Shown: in pieces, positions 31,310 through 40,527 of the stretch | Layout: each line of letters opens with the position of its first letter | Position numbering within the stretch: the stretch's first letter is position 1 | Assembly: GCA_963712745.1 (NCBI GenBank) | Contig: CAVQJC010000017.1 | Coordinates: 96,001-160,000, forward strand | Length of the DNA stretch: 64,000 nucleotides | Reading direction: 5' to 3' | DNA from: an uncultured Chloroflexia bacterium | Lineage (GTDB): Bacteria; Chloroflexota; Limnocylindria; Limnocylindrales; CSP1-4 | Notes under the pieces: model-generated | The model's input: only the letters and a program-made list of their open reading frames with translations | Databases searched by the model: none | What the model was told of the DNA's origin: nothing | Made by a program: the position numbers and the translations under genes

Positions 31310-32680
31310 TCATCGCAGCAGGTGGTCCGTTTCGTCTTCGACGGCTTCGACCACCGGCTCCAGTCCCGGGTCGACCCCTGCCGCGGCGATGTTGGAGCCG
31401 GCGGTCCCGACCGCCAGCGGCTGCACGCCCGGGCCTTCGATCAGCCGCTTGCCGAGGTCCAGCCGGCGTAGCTGTGGCGCCAGCGCGCCCACCAGTCCGA
31501 CCACCACGAGGGTCACCACGCCGCCCAGGACGACGCTGGGGACGACTCCGAAGATGGTCGCGGCCACACCGCTCTCGAAGGCGCCCAGCTCGTTGGAGGC
31601 GCCGATGAAGACGTGGTTGACCGAGGCGATCCGCCCGCGCAGCGCCTCGGGCGATTCGACACGCAGGATGACCAGGCGGATGACCATGCTCACGCCGTCC
31701 ACCAGGCCGGCGGCGAAGAGGGCTACCAGCGAGACCACGAAGCTGGTCGAGAGGCCGAACACGATCATCGACACCCCGAAGAACCCGACGCACACGAGCA
31801 GGATGCGGCCGGCGTTTCGTTTGGGTGGGCAACGGGTGGCGATGAGCATGGCTATCAAGGCACCGGCCGAGGGCATCGTTCGCAGCAGGCCCAGCCCGAC
31901 GGGGCCGACATGCAGGATGTCGGTCGCGAAGACCGGAAGCATGGCCATCGCTCCCCCGAAGAAGACCGCGAACAGGTCGAGCGCCATCGAGGAGAGCAAC
32001 ACCTGGTGGCGGGCCACGTAGCGCACGCCGCCGGCGAGGCTCTTGCCGATGCCCTCAGACCGCTCGGGCTCCGGCATCGGCTTGCGTTCGATGCGCGTGA
32101 CCAGCAGGACCGAGAGCCCCAGCAGCACGGCGATGGCGAAGTAGGTCGCCGGGATCCCGACGAAGGCGATGGCCAGGCCGCCGAACGCCGGCCCCACGAT
32201 GGCAGCCGCGGTCCAGGCGCTGCCAGTCAGCGAGGCGCCGCGCGTGGCGTGTTCTACGGGGATGACCTGCGTCTCGAAGGCGACCAGGGCCGGTCGTTCG
32301 AAGCCGGCCGCCACGCCCACCAGGAAGACGACCGCCAGGATGCCGGCGAAAGAGATGCTCTCGCCGGTGAGGGACAGCGCTGTCAGCACCAGCGCCCCGA
32401 GCGTGAGCAGCACGCCTGTCAGCAGCACGATCGAGCGTCGGTCGCGCCGGTCCGCCACGTGCCCACCGAGCAGCATCAGGCCCAGTGCCGGGATGGCCTC
32501 GACGAGGCCTAGGATGCCAAGCGCGAGTGGGTCGCCGGTGACCTCGTAGGTCTGGAAGGCCACGACCGTGGCGATGGCCGACATGCCCAGCGCCGCCAGG
32601 CCGCGGGCTCCCAGCAACGCCCGGAACTCGGGCAGCGCCAGGAGGGCGCGCGTCTGGTCGCTCTCGGGTGTGGAGGTCAC
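31310..32680 (-). CDS. MFS transporter (DHA3/EntS-like)
   Basis: GHVADRRDRR, LDLFAVFFGGA, FIGASNELGAFESG. Confidence 0.9.
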   Translation of the reverse strand: MTSTPESDQTRALLALPEFRALLGARGLAALGMSAIATVVAFQTYEVTGDPLALGILGLVEAIPALGLMLLGGHVADRRDRRSIVLLTGVLLTLGALVLTALSLTGESISFAGILAVVFLVGVAAGFERPALVAFETQVIPVEHATRGASLTGSAWTAAAIVGPAFGGLAIAFVGIPATYFAIAVLLGLSVLLVTRIERKPMPEPERSEGIGKSLAGGVRYVARHQVLLSSMALDLFAVFFGGAMAMLPVFATDILHVGPVGLGLLRTMPSAGALIAMLIATRCPPKRNAGRILLVCVGFFGVSMIVFGLSTSFVVSLVALFAAGLVDGVSMVIRLVILRVESPEALRGRIASVNHVFIGASNELGAFESGVAATIFGVVPSVVLGGVVTLVVVGLVGALAPQLRRLDLGKRLIEGPGVQPLAVGTAGSNIAAAGVDPGLEPVVEAVEDETDHLLR

Positions 32681-32722
32681 GCCCGGAGCCTAGACCGTGG
32701 CGCGCCTCGCCAGTCGGGGCGC

Positions 32723-32776
32723 TTGACGCACCGCCTGCCGAACCGTACCTTACGCCGTATTATTACAGCGTAAGGT
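32723..32776 (+). promoter_or_regulatory. Promoter overlapped by a 30-bp palindromic operator
   Basis: TTGACG-17-TACCTT; ACCTTACGCCGTA-TTAT-TACAGCGTAAGGT (1 mismatch). Confidence 0.8.
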
Positions 32777-32817
32777 TGCCGCACGCGGCACGGACACATG
32801 CGGCAGGGAGACAGGCG

Positions 32818-33804
32818 ATGAAGGCGATGATCCACCACGAGTTCGGCACAGCCAGCGAAGTCCTGCAGCTGGAGGACGTCACCACGCCGACGCCGGGCGA
32901 GGGCGAGGTCCTGGTGCGCATCCGGGCGACCTCGGCCAATCCCTACGACTGGCACTTCATCCGCGGCGAGCCCCTCTTCATGCGGCTCGGTCCGGGCGGC
33001 CTGCGAACGCCCAAGCAGCCCATCCCAGGTGGCGACTTCGCGGGTGTGGTCGAGGCGGTCGGGGGAGGGGATGTCGGCGGGTTTGGTGTTGGGGACGAGG
33101 TCTACGGCTTCGCCCACGGTGCGTTCGCCGAGTACATCGCCGCTCCGCACGGTCGGATGGCCCGGAAGCCCGCCGGACTTACGTTCGAGGAGGCGGCGTC
33201 GCTCCCGCTGGTGGCGGCTACCGCCTGGCAGGGCCTCAAGGACGTCGGTCGCCTCGCAGCCGGCCAGAAGGCCCTCATCATCGGCGCCTCGGGCGGCATC
33301 GGCTCACTGGCAGTGCAGATGGCCAAGGCCTGGGGGGCGGAGGTCTCCGGTGTATGCAGCACCGCCAACGTCGAGCTCGTGCGTTCTCTCGGCGCCGACC
33401 ACGTCATCGACTACCGCGTCGAGGACTACACCCGCGGTGAGGCTCGGTACGACCTCGTCTTCCAGCTCGGGGGCACCATGCCGTCCGGATCGATCCGCAA
33501 CGTGATGACCAGGCAGGGCACGCTGGTGCAGTGCGCCGGCGATGGTGGGCGAGTGCTGGGGCCGCTCCCGAACATCATCAAGGCGATGGCGACGAACCCC
33601 TTCGTGAGCCAGCGGCTGGCGCTGGTGAACACGGTCGAGGACACGGCCACTTTTGACCGGATCCGCGAGATGGTGGAGGCAGGCGAGCTGCGCACGGTCA
33701 TCGACCGCACCGTCCCCTTCGAGCAGGCCGGTGCCGCGGTCGATCTCGTCGAGTCCGGCAGCCCGCGCGGCAAGGTCGTCATCAGCGGCCTTGAGTCGGC
33801 TTGA
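32818..33804 (+). CDS. NAD(P)-dependent MDR oxidoreductase (quinone reductase-like)
   Basis: SANPYDW, GASGGIG, LGADHVIDY, RGKVVI. Confidence 0.9.
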   Translation: MKAMIHHEFGTASEVLQLEDVTTPTPGEGEVLVRIRATSANPYDWHFIRGEPLFMRLGPGGLRTPKQPIPGGDFAGVVEAVGGGDVGGFGVGDEVYGFAHGAFAEYIAAPHGRMARKPAGLTFEEAASLPLVAATAWQGLKDVGRLAAGQKALIIGASGGIGSLAVQMAKAWGAEVSGVCSTANVELVRSLGADHVIDYRVEDYTRGEARYDLVFQLGGTMPSGSIRNVMTRQGTLVQCAGDGGRVLGPLPNIIKAMATNPFVSQRLALVNTVEDTATFDRIREMVEAGELRTVIDRTVPFEQAGAAVDLVESGSPRGKVVISGLESA

Positions 33805-33974
33805 CGTGCCACCCCCCGCGTTGGGGCTGCTGCACGGTCGATGCCCGCCCCACCAGCCGGGTGCGGCGGGCGGGTCCTCCTGCTCGTGGTTTGGGGCCGT
33901 CGAGCCCTGGCCCGCCTCGACGCTCCCGCCCACGCTTGGCTTGGCATCGTGTCGACGTCGGGAGGAAGTCTGAT

Positions 33975-34088
33975 TTGGACGCACTTGCCGGACTGGGCAT
34001 CTTCTTCGCTGGTCTCGGGGTGTTCTTCGCCGGGGTCGGCGTACTCTGGGCCATCACGCTGTGGAGGGAGCGAAACCCGCGACCGTGA
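33975..34088 (+). CDS. Small membrane protein (37 aa)
   Basis: GGAGG SD then TTG; MDALAGLGIFFAGLGVFFAGVGVLWAITLWRERNPRP. Confidence 0.55.
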   Translation: MDALAGLGIFFAGLGVFFAGVGVLWAITLWRERNPRP

Positions 34089-34135
34089 TCTGGCGGCCGC
34101 GCGTAGCGAGGGCGACTTGCGGCCCGTTCGACTTT

Positions 34136-34162
34136 GAACGGTCCGACGCCTGCACTCCGTCA
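34136..34162 (+). promoter_or_regulatory. Candidate ECF promoter GAACGG-N16-CGTCA
   Basis: AAC/CGTC ECF-type elements upstream of the ECF gene. Confidence 0.5.
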
Positions 34163-34209
34163 TAGTCTGTGAGCGCGGCCGGACGGTCGTGCCACCAGCG
34201 GAGCGACCC

Positions 34210-34761
34210 GTGCAGCGTGACCTCGTCGTGGCGGCGCAAGCCGGCGACCATGATGCCTTCGAGGCCATCGCCATCTCGGAGGGGGACCGACTGTTCGCGC
34301 TTGCCCGACTCATCCTGCGCGACGCTGATCGGGCGCATGACGCGGTACAGGAGGCGCTCGTCCAGGCCTGGCGAGCACTTCCCCAGCTTCGTGACGCCGA
34401 CCGGTTCGACGCCTGGATACGACGACTGACCGTCAACGCCTGCTATGAACTGGCTCGGAGGGAGAAGCGCTGGGACGCCAAGATCAGTGCCGTCCGGCCA
34501 CCCGAGCCGGCGCCTGATGCGTCCCGAGCTGTGGCCGACCGCGACCAGCTCGAGCGTGGCTTCAGGCGCCTGAAGCCGGAGCAGCGGGCCGCGGTCGCGC
34601 TTCGCTACTACCTTGATCTCACCGTGCCGGAGGTGGCCGACGCACTCGGCATCCCCGAAGGCACCGCCAAGTCCAGGCTGCATCACGCGATGGCAGCGCT
34701 CCGAGCCGCTCTCGACGCTGATGCCAGAGTCAACCCCGACCTATCGGAGAAGACGGCATGA
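34210..34761 (+). CDS. ECF RNA polymerase sigma factor
   Basis: AHDAVQEAL, RFDAWIRR, GIPEGTAKSRLHHA. Confidence 0.92.
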   Translation: MQRDLVVAAQAGDHDAFEAIAISEGDRLFALARLILRDADRAHDAVQEALVQAWRALPQLRDADRFDAWIRRLTVNACYELARREKRWDAKISAVRPPEPAPDASRAVADRDQLERGFRRLKPEQRAAVALRYYLDLTVPEVADALGIPEGTAKSRLHHAMAALRAALDADARVNPDLSEKTA

Positions 34762-35513
34762 ACCGCCACGACGACGCCGAGCGGCGCGTCAGCGCGTGGC
34801 TGCACGACGAGGCTCAGGGCGAGTTGCCCGACTGGGTCCTGCAGCAGACCTTCGAGCGAACACGCCACGAAGCGCAACGGCGCGGCCTCCGCGGCCGACT
34901 CACATCGATCACCGGAACCCCCACCAGCGCAGGGAGCACGACCATGTTCACGATCCCCCGGCTCGCGGCCGTCATCGCCGTGACCGCGCTCGCTACCACC
35001 GCCATCCTCAATGTCTCTCAGACCTCCAACGAGCCTGCGGGCGCAGAGGCGACCCGGGCCCCGGCGGTCGAGTTCACCGGCAAGACGCAGTTCGGCGACT
35101 GCTTCGGCCCCGACACGACCGTCCAGACCAGCCCAGGCTTCGTCAGAGAGACCGAGGAAGCAGGCTCGTACTGCGTGAACCCCACGACGGAGGCGTTCAC
35201 CGACCCGCGGCTCGGGGGTGAGTTCCGGGTCTGGGTGGGTGGGAATGACGGCTACGGCCTTGGGCCGACCATCTGGAGCAGTCGGTTCTCCATGCACGAC
35301 GAGGACGGGGCCTGGGTCCAGCGACCGGACTTGACGCTAAGCCATGCAGATGGCAGCGGGCCGAACGATGTCGTGATCATGGATGGAAGCGGCGCGTACG
35401 ACGGACTCAGCCTTATCGCCGAGGTCAGCTTCTTCGACTCGGTCTGGACCTGGCGCGGCTACATCATCGACGGTGATCTGCCGCCCACGCCTGAGGTCCG
35501 GCTACCCGAATAG
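34758..35513 (+). CDS. Putative single-TM anti-sigma factor
   Basis: ATGA-coupled; SAWL N-helix, TM, DPRLGG and GSGAYDGL; paralog of the 25416 gene. Confidence 0.7.
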   Translation: MNRHDDAERRVSAWLHDEAQGELPDWVLQQTFERTRHEAQRRGLRGRLTSITGTPTSAGSTTMFTIPRLAAVIAVTALATTAILNVSQTSNEPAGAEATRAPAVEFTGKTQFGDCFGPDTTVQTSPGFVRETEEAGSYCVNPTTEAFTDPRLGGEFRVWVGGNDGYGLGPTIWSSRFSMHDEDGAWVQRPDLTLSHADGSGPNDVVIMDGSGAYDGLSLIAEVSFFDSVWTWRGYIIDGDLPPTPEVRLPE

Positions 35514-35531
35514 CCGGCAACGCCCCCGCGG

Positions 35532-36149
35532 TCAGCCGGCCGGTTTGCGCCCGGTGAGCAGGAGAAGCGGGTAGATCCGGCCGTCCTCCCTCTCGAGCTC
35601 ATGGACGATGCGCGTCTGGGCATCCTCGAACCCGGCCGCTGTCGCCAGCGCTACCAGCGAGTCGCCCTCGAAACCGTGGTGATGGATGCCCGGCTGGTCG
35701 GGATCGTGGAAGGTCCCGTCCTCCTCGTCAAGGTCGATGAGCGCGATGTGACCACCCGCCGCCAGCGCCGCGTGGATCGAGCGTAGCGTCGCCTCGGTGT
35801 CCTCGACGTGATGGAGCACCAGCAGTGAGACGGCCAGGTCGAAGGGCGCGCCTTCGGGCGGCTCGTCCGCCGGGAAGTCGAAGACGATGGCTCGAACATC
35901 CACGATCCCTTCAGCCTCGATCCTGGTACGGGCGACCTCGATCATGCCCTCCGATGGGTCGGTCAGGACCACCGAGCCGACGTCCGCCAGCAGGTCGAGG
36001 CCCAGCAACCCGGTCCCGGCCCCGATGTCGACGACGCGCCCCTCGGCCGACAGGGGCACGTGCTCGCGGATGACCTCGGCCAGGGCATGGGCTCGCGCGC
36101 GGCGCTCGGGGGTGTCCCACTCGGCCGCCTTGGCATCGAAAACGCTCAT
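35532..36149 (-). CDS. Class I SAM-dependent methyltransferase
   Basis: FDAKAAEWD, VDIGAGTG, FDL..LVLHHV. Confidence 0.88.
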   Translation of the reverse strand: MSVFDAKAAEWDTPERRARAHALAEVIREHVPLSAEGRVVDIGAGTGLLGLDLLADVGSVVLTDPSEGMIEVARTRIEAEGIVDVRAIVFDFPADEPPEGAPFDLAVSLLVLHHVEDTEATLRSIHAALAAGGHIALIDLDEEDGTFHDPDQPGIHHHGFEGDSLVALATAAGFEDAQTRIVHELEREDGRIYPLLLLTGRKPAG

Positions 36150-36174
36150 GCGCCCATCATGGCACCCTTGCCGC

Positions 36175-36606
36175 ATGCGCTTGATCACATCGGAGAACGT
36201 GGCCTCGTTCGTGGAGGACGGCGCGCTCCACGTCGAGGAGGGCTGGACCCTGGCACCGTCGGCGCTGGAGTACCTGCGTCGGAACCGCGTGCGTTTCGCA
36301 GGCGAGGAATCGCGCGCTGCGGCCGCGGCAGCAGCTGAGAACCTGGTCGTGATCACCGTCCAGGGCATCGACAGGCCGGGCATCATCGCCAGCGTCGCGG
36401 GCGAGGTCGCGCGTCAGAACGGCAACGTCACCGACCTCAGCCAGACGATCCTGGCGGGCGTGTTCGTGATGGTGCTGGTCGTGGACATGAGCGGCACGGA
36501 GGGCTACGACCCGCTGGTGGCTGGCCTTGAGAAGGTGGGTCGGGAGATCGGCATGGAAGTCTCCGTTCGCCTCTACTCCGTGTACGAAGCCATGCACCGC
36601 ATCTAG
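36175..36606 (+). CDS. ACT-domain protein (UPF0237-like) with N-terminal extension
   Basis: ITVQGIDRPGIIA..DLSQTI..MHRI; upstream of the DUF711 gene. Confidence 0.85.
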   Translation: MRLITSENVASFVEDGALHVEEGWTLAPSALEYLRRNRVRFAGEESRAAAAAAAENLVVITVQGIDRPGIIASVAGEVARQNGNVTDLSQTILAGVFVMVLVVDMSGTEGYDPLVAGLEKVGREIGMEVSVRLYSVYEAMHRI

Positions 36607-36626
36607 CGGGCAGGAAGGCAGCACCG

Positions 36627-37982
36627 ATGGCGCGTGGCCCCCTGGGCATGGACGAGATCCTCGAGTCGGTGGGTATGGTCGGCCGCGACCACCTTGACAT
36701 CCGCACCGTCACGCTAGGCATCAACCTGCGTGGCTGCCGCACGCCAGAGGACGTGGTCCGGCGCATCACCACCACCGCAGGCGACCTGGTCCCCCTCACC
36801 AACGCCATCGCGGCCGAGACCGGCATCCCCATCGTCAACCGCCGCATCGCGGTCACGCCCATCGCCTGGGTGGCCGAGCGCGGGGACCGCCAGCTGCTGC
36901 TGGACCTGGCCCGGGCGCTGGACCAGGCCGCCGTCGAGGTCGGGGTCGACTTCATCGGCGGCTTCAGCGCCATGGTCGAGAAACACGCCTCGCGCATCGA
37001 CGAGGAGGTCATGGCTACGCTGCCCTACGCCTTTGCCGAGACGGGGCGGGTCTGCGGCTCGGTGAACGTGGCCACCACCGGCTCCGGCATCAACATGGAT
37101 GCCGTCCGCTTCATGGGCGAGGTCGTCAAGGAGACCGCAGCGACCACGGCTGACGAAGCCGCCATCGGCTGCGCCAAGCTCGTCGTCTTCGCCAATGCCG
37201 TGCCCGACAACCCCTTCATGGCCGGCGCCTTCCACGGGTTCGGCGAGGGCGACGCTGCCATCTCCGTAGGCATCTCCGGACCTGGCGTGGTGGCCAATGC
37301 GCTGCGCCGCCTGCCCCGGGGTGCGCCCATGCAGGAGCTGGCCGAGGAGATCAAGCGCACCGTCTTCAAGATCACGCGGGTGGGCGAGCACGTCGGTCGC
37401 GAAGTCTCCCGGCGGCTGGGTGTGGCCTTCGGCGTGGTCGACATCTCGCTGGCCCCCACCTCGACCCCCGGCGACTCGGTGGCGGAGATCCTCGAGCTCA
37501 TCGGCGTGGAGCGCGTGGGATTGCCCGGATCGACGGTGGGTCTGGCCATGCTCAACGATGCCGTGAAGAAGGGCGGGGCCATGGCCACCTCGCGGGCGGG
37601 CGGTCTGTCGGGTGCCTTCATCCCCGTCAGCGAAGACGCCAACTTCGCCTCTGCGGTGGCCGACGGGCACCTGGTGCTGGAGAAGCTGGAGGCCATGACC
37701 GCGGTCTGCTCGGTCGGTCTCGACATGATCGCCCTGCCCGGCGACACCTCGGCTCACACCATCGCGGCCATCATCGCCGACGAGGCCGCCATCGGCATCA
37801 TCAACGACAAGACCACCGCCTGCCGTCTGGTGCCGGTTCCGGGCGCGAAGCCGGGCGACTGGGTCGACTGGGGCGGGCTGCTGGGCCGAGCGCCGGTGAT
37901 GGAGGTGCGCGACCGACCGACCGTCGGCGTCATCGAGCGCGCCGGCCACATGCCGCCGCCACTGCGAGCGCTCGGGAACTGA
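36627..37982 (+). CDS. DUF711/UPF0210 ('PFL family') protein
   Basis: LDIRTVTLGI, NPFMAGAFHG, GGLSGAFIPVSED, VCSVGLDM. Confidence 0.92.
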   Translation: MARGPLGMDEILESVGMVGRDHLDIRTVTLGINLRGCRTPEDVVRRITTTAGDLVPLTNAIAAETGIPIVNRRIAVTPIAWVAERGDRQLLLDLARALDQAAVEVGVDFIGGFSAMVEKHASRIDEEVMATLPYAFAETGRVCGSVNVATTGSGINMDAVRFMGEVVKETAATTADEAAIGCAKLVVFANAVPDNPFMAGAFHGFGEGDAAISVGISGPGVVANALRRLPRGAPMQELAEEIKRTVFKITRVGEHVGREVSRRLGVAFGVVDISLAPTSTPGDSVAEILELIGVERVGLPGSTVGLAMLNDAVKKGGAMATSRAGGLSGAFIPVSEDANFASAVADGHLVLEKLEAMTAVCSVGLDMIALPGDTSAHTIAAIIADEAAIGIINDKTTACRLVPVPGAKPGDWVDWGGLLGRAPVMEVRDRPTVGVIERAGHMPPPLRALGN

Positions 37983-38073
37983 GGGCCGCTACGGCCACGG
38001 CTCGAGCCGCCGTGATGGTTACTGCTCGAGCGCTGGGGAACTGAGGGCCGCTGTCGCGACGGCTCGAGCGCCG
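37961..38073 (+). repeat. Imperfect duplication (about 52 bp) of the DUF711 gene 3' end
   Basis: GAGCGCT(C/G)GGGAACTGAGGGCCGCT...ACGGCTCGAGC in copies starting at 37961 and 38021. Confidence 0.8.
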
Positions 38074-38076
38074 GTC

Positions 38077-38463
38077 CTATCTGATGAGTTCGACGCGGAC
38101 GCCTGTCTCGAGATCGGCCCACGCACGGTCTGCGGTCAGCACCGGGAGTCCCCGCACCGATGCGGTCGCCAGACAGGCCCGGTCTGCGAGGCCCAGATGC
38201 CTGGCCCCACGGTGCCACAGGTCGGCAGCAGCCTCTGCCTCTTCGGTGCCGAATGGGACGAGGACCACACCCAGGCTCTGCAGGTCCTCGGCCAGGCCCT
38301 CGACACCGACCTCGTGAGCCCGGGCCTTCTGCAGGACCTCCGACCAGTTCACGGCTGAGACCAGGGCGGCAGACAGCAGCATCGCTACTGCATCGCCACC
38401 CGGCTCGCGTCCGAGCATGGCGAGGACGGCCGATGCATCGAGCACGTAACGTTCCCCGCTCAC
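38077..38463 (-). CDS. vapC: VapC PIN-domain toxin
   Basis: VLDASA, NWSEV, LADRACLA, TADR. Confidence 0.9.
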   Translation of the reverse strand: MSGERYVLDASAVLAMLGREPGGDAVAMLLSAALVSAVNWSEVLQKARAHEVGVEGLAEDLQSLGVVLVPFGTEEAEAAADLWHRGARHLGLADRACLATASVRGLPVLTADRAWADLETGVRVELIR

Positions 38464-38702
38464 TCGTCGCGCGCGGCCTCGGCGCGGCGATCGGCCAGCA
38501 ACTCCTCGACCAGGCTGACATCCGGATCCAACTTGTCGAAGCGTTCCTGAGCTCGACGCAGCACATCGGCTCGACGCTCCAGGACCAACCGTCCGTCCTC
38601 GACCCGTGCGACCAGCGGTTCGCCGGGTTCAGCGCCGAAGGCACGCCGCAGCTTGGCGGGAACGAGCACGCGTCCGTCAGTTTTTATAGTGACTGTCAAC
38701 AC
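38460..38702 (-). CDS. AbrB/MazE-family antitoxin
   Basis: TIKTDGRVLVPAKLRRAFG; TTGACA-17-CAGATT promoter upstream. Confidence 0.85.
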   Translation of the reverse strand: MLTVTIKTDGRVLVPAKLRRAFGAEPGEPLVARVEDGRLVLERRADVLRRAQERFDKLDPDVSLVEELLADRRAEAARDE

Positions 38703-38882
38703 CCAATGAATCTGCCAGGTCAAGACTCGTGTGTCAATCACGCTGATGCGGCCCAGGGCCGGACTCGCCTGATTCGCCCGACCATCTTGCGGCCACGCGC
38801 CGCCAACCACTTGTGGACATGCGCCGCCATCACCGGAAGACCGCTCCGCCGTAACCATTCATCGACACGCGCTGCCACCACC

Positions 38883-39260
38883 TGTAGACCGCGCCACCGC
38901 CACCACCCTTCGTAGACACGCGTCGGTGTTGGCGACCGTAGTCGCGCTCGTAGCCACGTCGATCCGGCGATTCGGGCCGCTGGGAGCTCTCCCAGCGCTA
39001 CGCCGGGGTCAGGCGTCGCCGGGGTCGACCCCTGGCTACATCGTCGCCGGCGAGGCGCGACTACCGTCGCTCGCGCCGACCGCTGTCTATCGGGTCGGTC
39101 GCGAAGACCCGATAGCGTCGCCCGGGCCGACGGGTGGCTACGAGCTGCCGCGGGCCCGGGCCGACGGGTGGCTACGAGCTGCCACGGGCGCGGGCCGTCG
39201 CGTGGCTACGGAGCCGTCGCGTCGCCAAGACGCCCTGGTGCTGCGCCGGCCGGTAGCGCC
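38883..39260. repeat. GTAG/CTAC-rich palindromic region with a 34-bp tandem repeat
   Basis: CCCGGGCCGACGGGTGGCTACGAGCTGCCGCGGG at 39121, 39155 and partial 39189; inverted pair GTAGTCGCGC/GCGCGACTAC. Confidence 0.75.
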
Positions 39261-39279
39261 CGCTGACGCGAGCCCAATC

Positions 39280-40386
39280 CTAGCGGGCGTAGCCCTCGGC
39301 GGGATCGTCCGGGTCGGCCTCGACGGTCTCAGGTCGGGCGATCTGCGACTGCGCCACCACGGCATTCCGGCGCAGGCCGCGGAAGTCCTCCAGGTGTGTC
39401 CAGCCACGGTCTGCGTTCTGCTCGAGGAAGGCCTCCATGCCCTCGATGAGGCCGTGCACCACGTTGGGCCCGATGGCCTTGTCCAGCATGGCCGCGGTGG
39501 CGACCTGCACGGTGCCGCAGCCGAGCATGAAGTAGGAGAGGGCATCGGCCCAGGTCGAGATGCCGCCGACGCCGGAGAACTCGCGATCGGGGAATGCCTG
39601 GGTCATCTGGGCCATCTTGGCCAGCGACTGCATGAGGATGGCCGGCCCTCCGAGCCCTCCGGGCGAGGTCAGGCCATCGACGTTGACCTCGAACTCGAGC
39701 GTCACGGGGTCGATCGGCGGCAGCGAGGGGAACGTGTTGGAGGAGGTGATGGCGTCGGCTCCACCGCGGAAGGTCGCGCCGGCCTCCTCTGCGATGTCGG
39801 CCGTGGCAGGGGTGAGCTTGGCCCACACCGGCACCGTCGCGACCTCCTTCACGACCTGCGTCGTGGTCGACACCAGCCCCGCGTCCTTGCCCAGCCCTGA
39901 GCCCATGTCGTCACGGTCCATGTGCGGGCACGAGTAGTTGAGCTCGATGGCATCGACGCCTTCGTCCTGCACCGCCTTGGCCAGGGTCTGCCAGTTACGC
40001 ATCTCCTCGTCCGAGCCCGAGCCGGCCATGATGGAGGCCACCAGCACGTGCTCGGGATAGTCCCGCTTGACGGCCGACAACTTGCCGATCCACCAGTCGA
40101 GCGGCTTGTCGCTGATGAGCTCCCAGTTCCACGAGGCCATGACCGTCGAGGCGTCGCGCTTGGCCATCGACTTGCGCGACCCGCCGTCGTCGAGGCGCAG
40201 GAACTTGGTCTTGGGCCCGCGCACGTTATGCACCTGGTGCAGGCCGATGGTCTTGGTCACCACACCGCCCCAGCCCGCGTCGTAGGCGCGGCGGATGTTC
40301 GACTCCGACTCGGTCGGCGGCGCTGACGCGAGCATGAACGGGTTGGGGAACTTGATGCCGGTGAAGGTCGTCGACAGGTCGGCCAT
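39280..40386 (-). CDS. preA: Dihydropyrimidine dehydrogenase PreA-like (no ferredoxin tail)
   Basis: NPFMLASAPP, NWELISD, ELNYSCPH, WAKLTP, SGVGGI. Confidence 0.85.
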   Translation of the reverse strand: MADLSTTFTGIKFPNPFMLASAPPTESESNIRRAYDAGWGGVVTKTIGLHQVHNVRGPKTKFLRLDDGGSRKSMAKRDASTVMASWNWELISDKPLDWWIGKLSAVKRDYPEHVLVASIMAGSGSDEEMRNWQTLAKAVQDEGVDAIELNYSCPHMDRDDMGSGLGKDAGLVSTTTQVVKEVATVPVWAKLTPATADIAEEAGATFRGGADAITSSNTFPSLPPIDPVTLEFEVNVDGLTSPGGLGGPAILMQSLAKMAQMTQAFPDREFSGVGGISTWADALSYFMLGCGTVQVATAAMLDKAIGPNVVHGLIEGMEAFLEQNADRGWTHLEDFRGLRRNAVVAQSQIARPETVEADPDDPAEGYAR

Positions 40387-40527
40387 GGGTGTCTCCTCGC
40401 GTGTCGGGGAAGCGCGCATCGTAGACCACCTGCGCAGCATCGCCAGAGCCACTGGTCACATCGGACTCGACGAGCCGACGCCGAGACACGCCCATACTCG
40501 TGCGTCGCCTCCCGTACGATGCGAGCC

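Noticed and set aside
36627-37982. Pyruvate formate-lyase / glycyl radical enzyme
   Set aside because: DUF711 only shares the fold label; it is too short, has no glycyl-radical motif and no activase nearby.
38926-39280. Coding ORF across the GTAG-rich region
   Set aside because: Low-complexity translation explained by the repeats.
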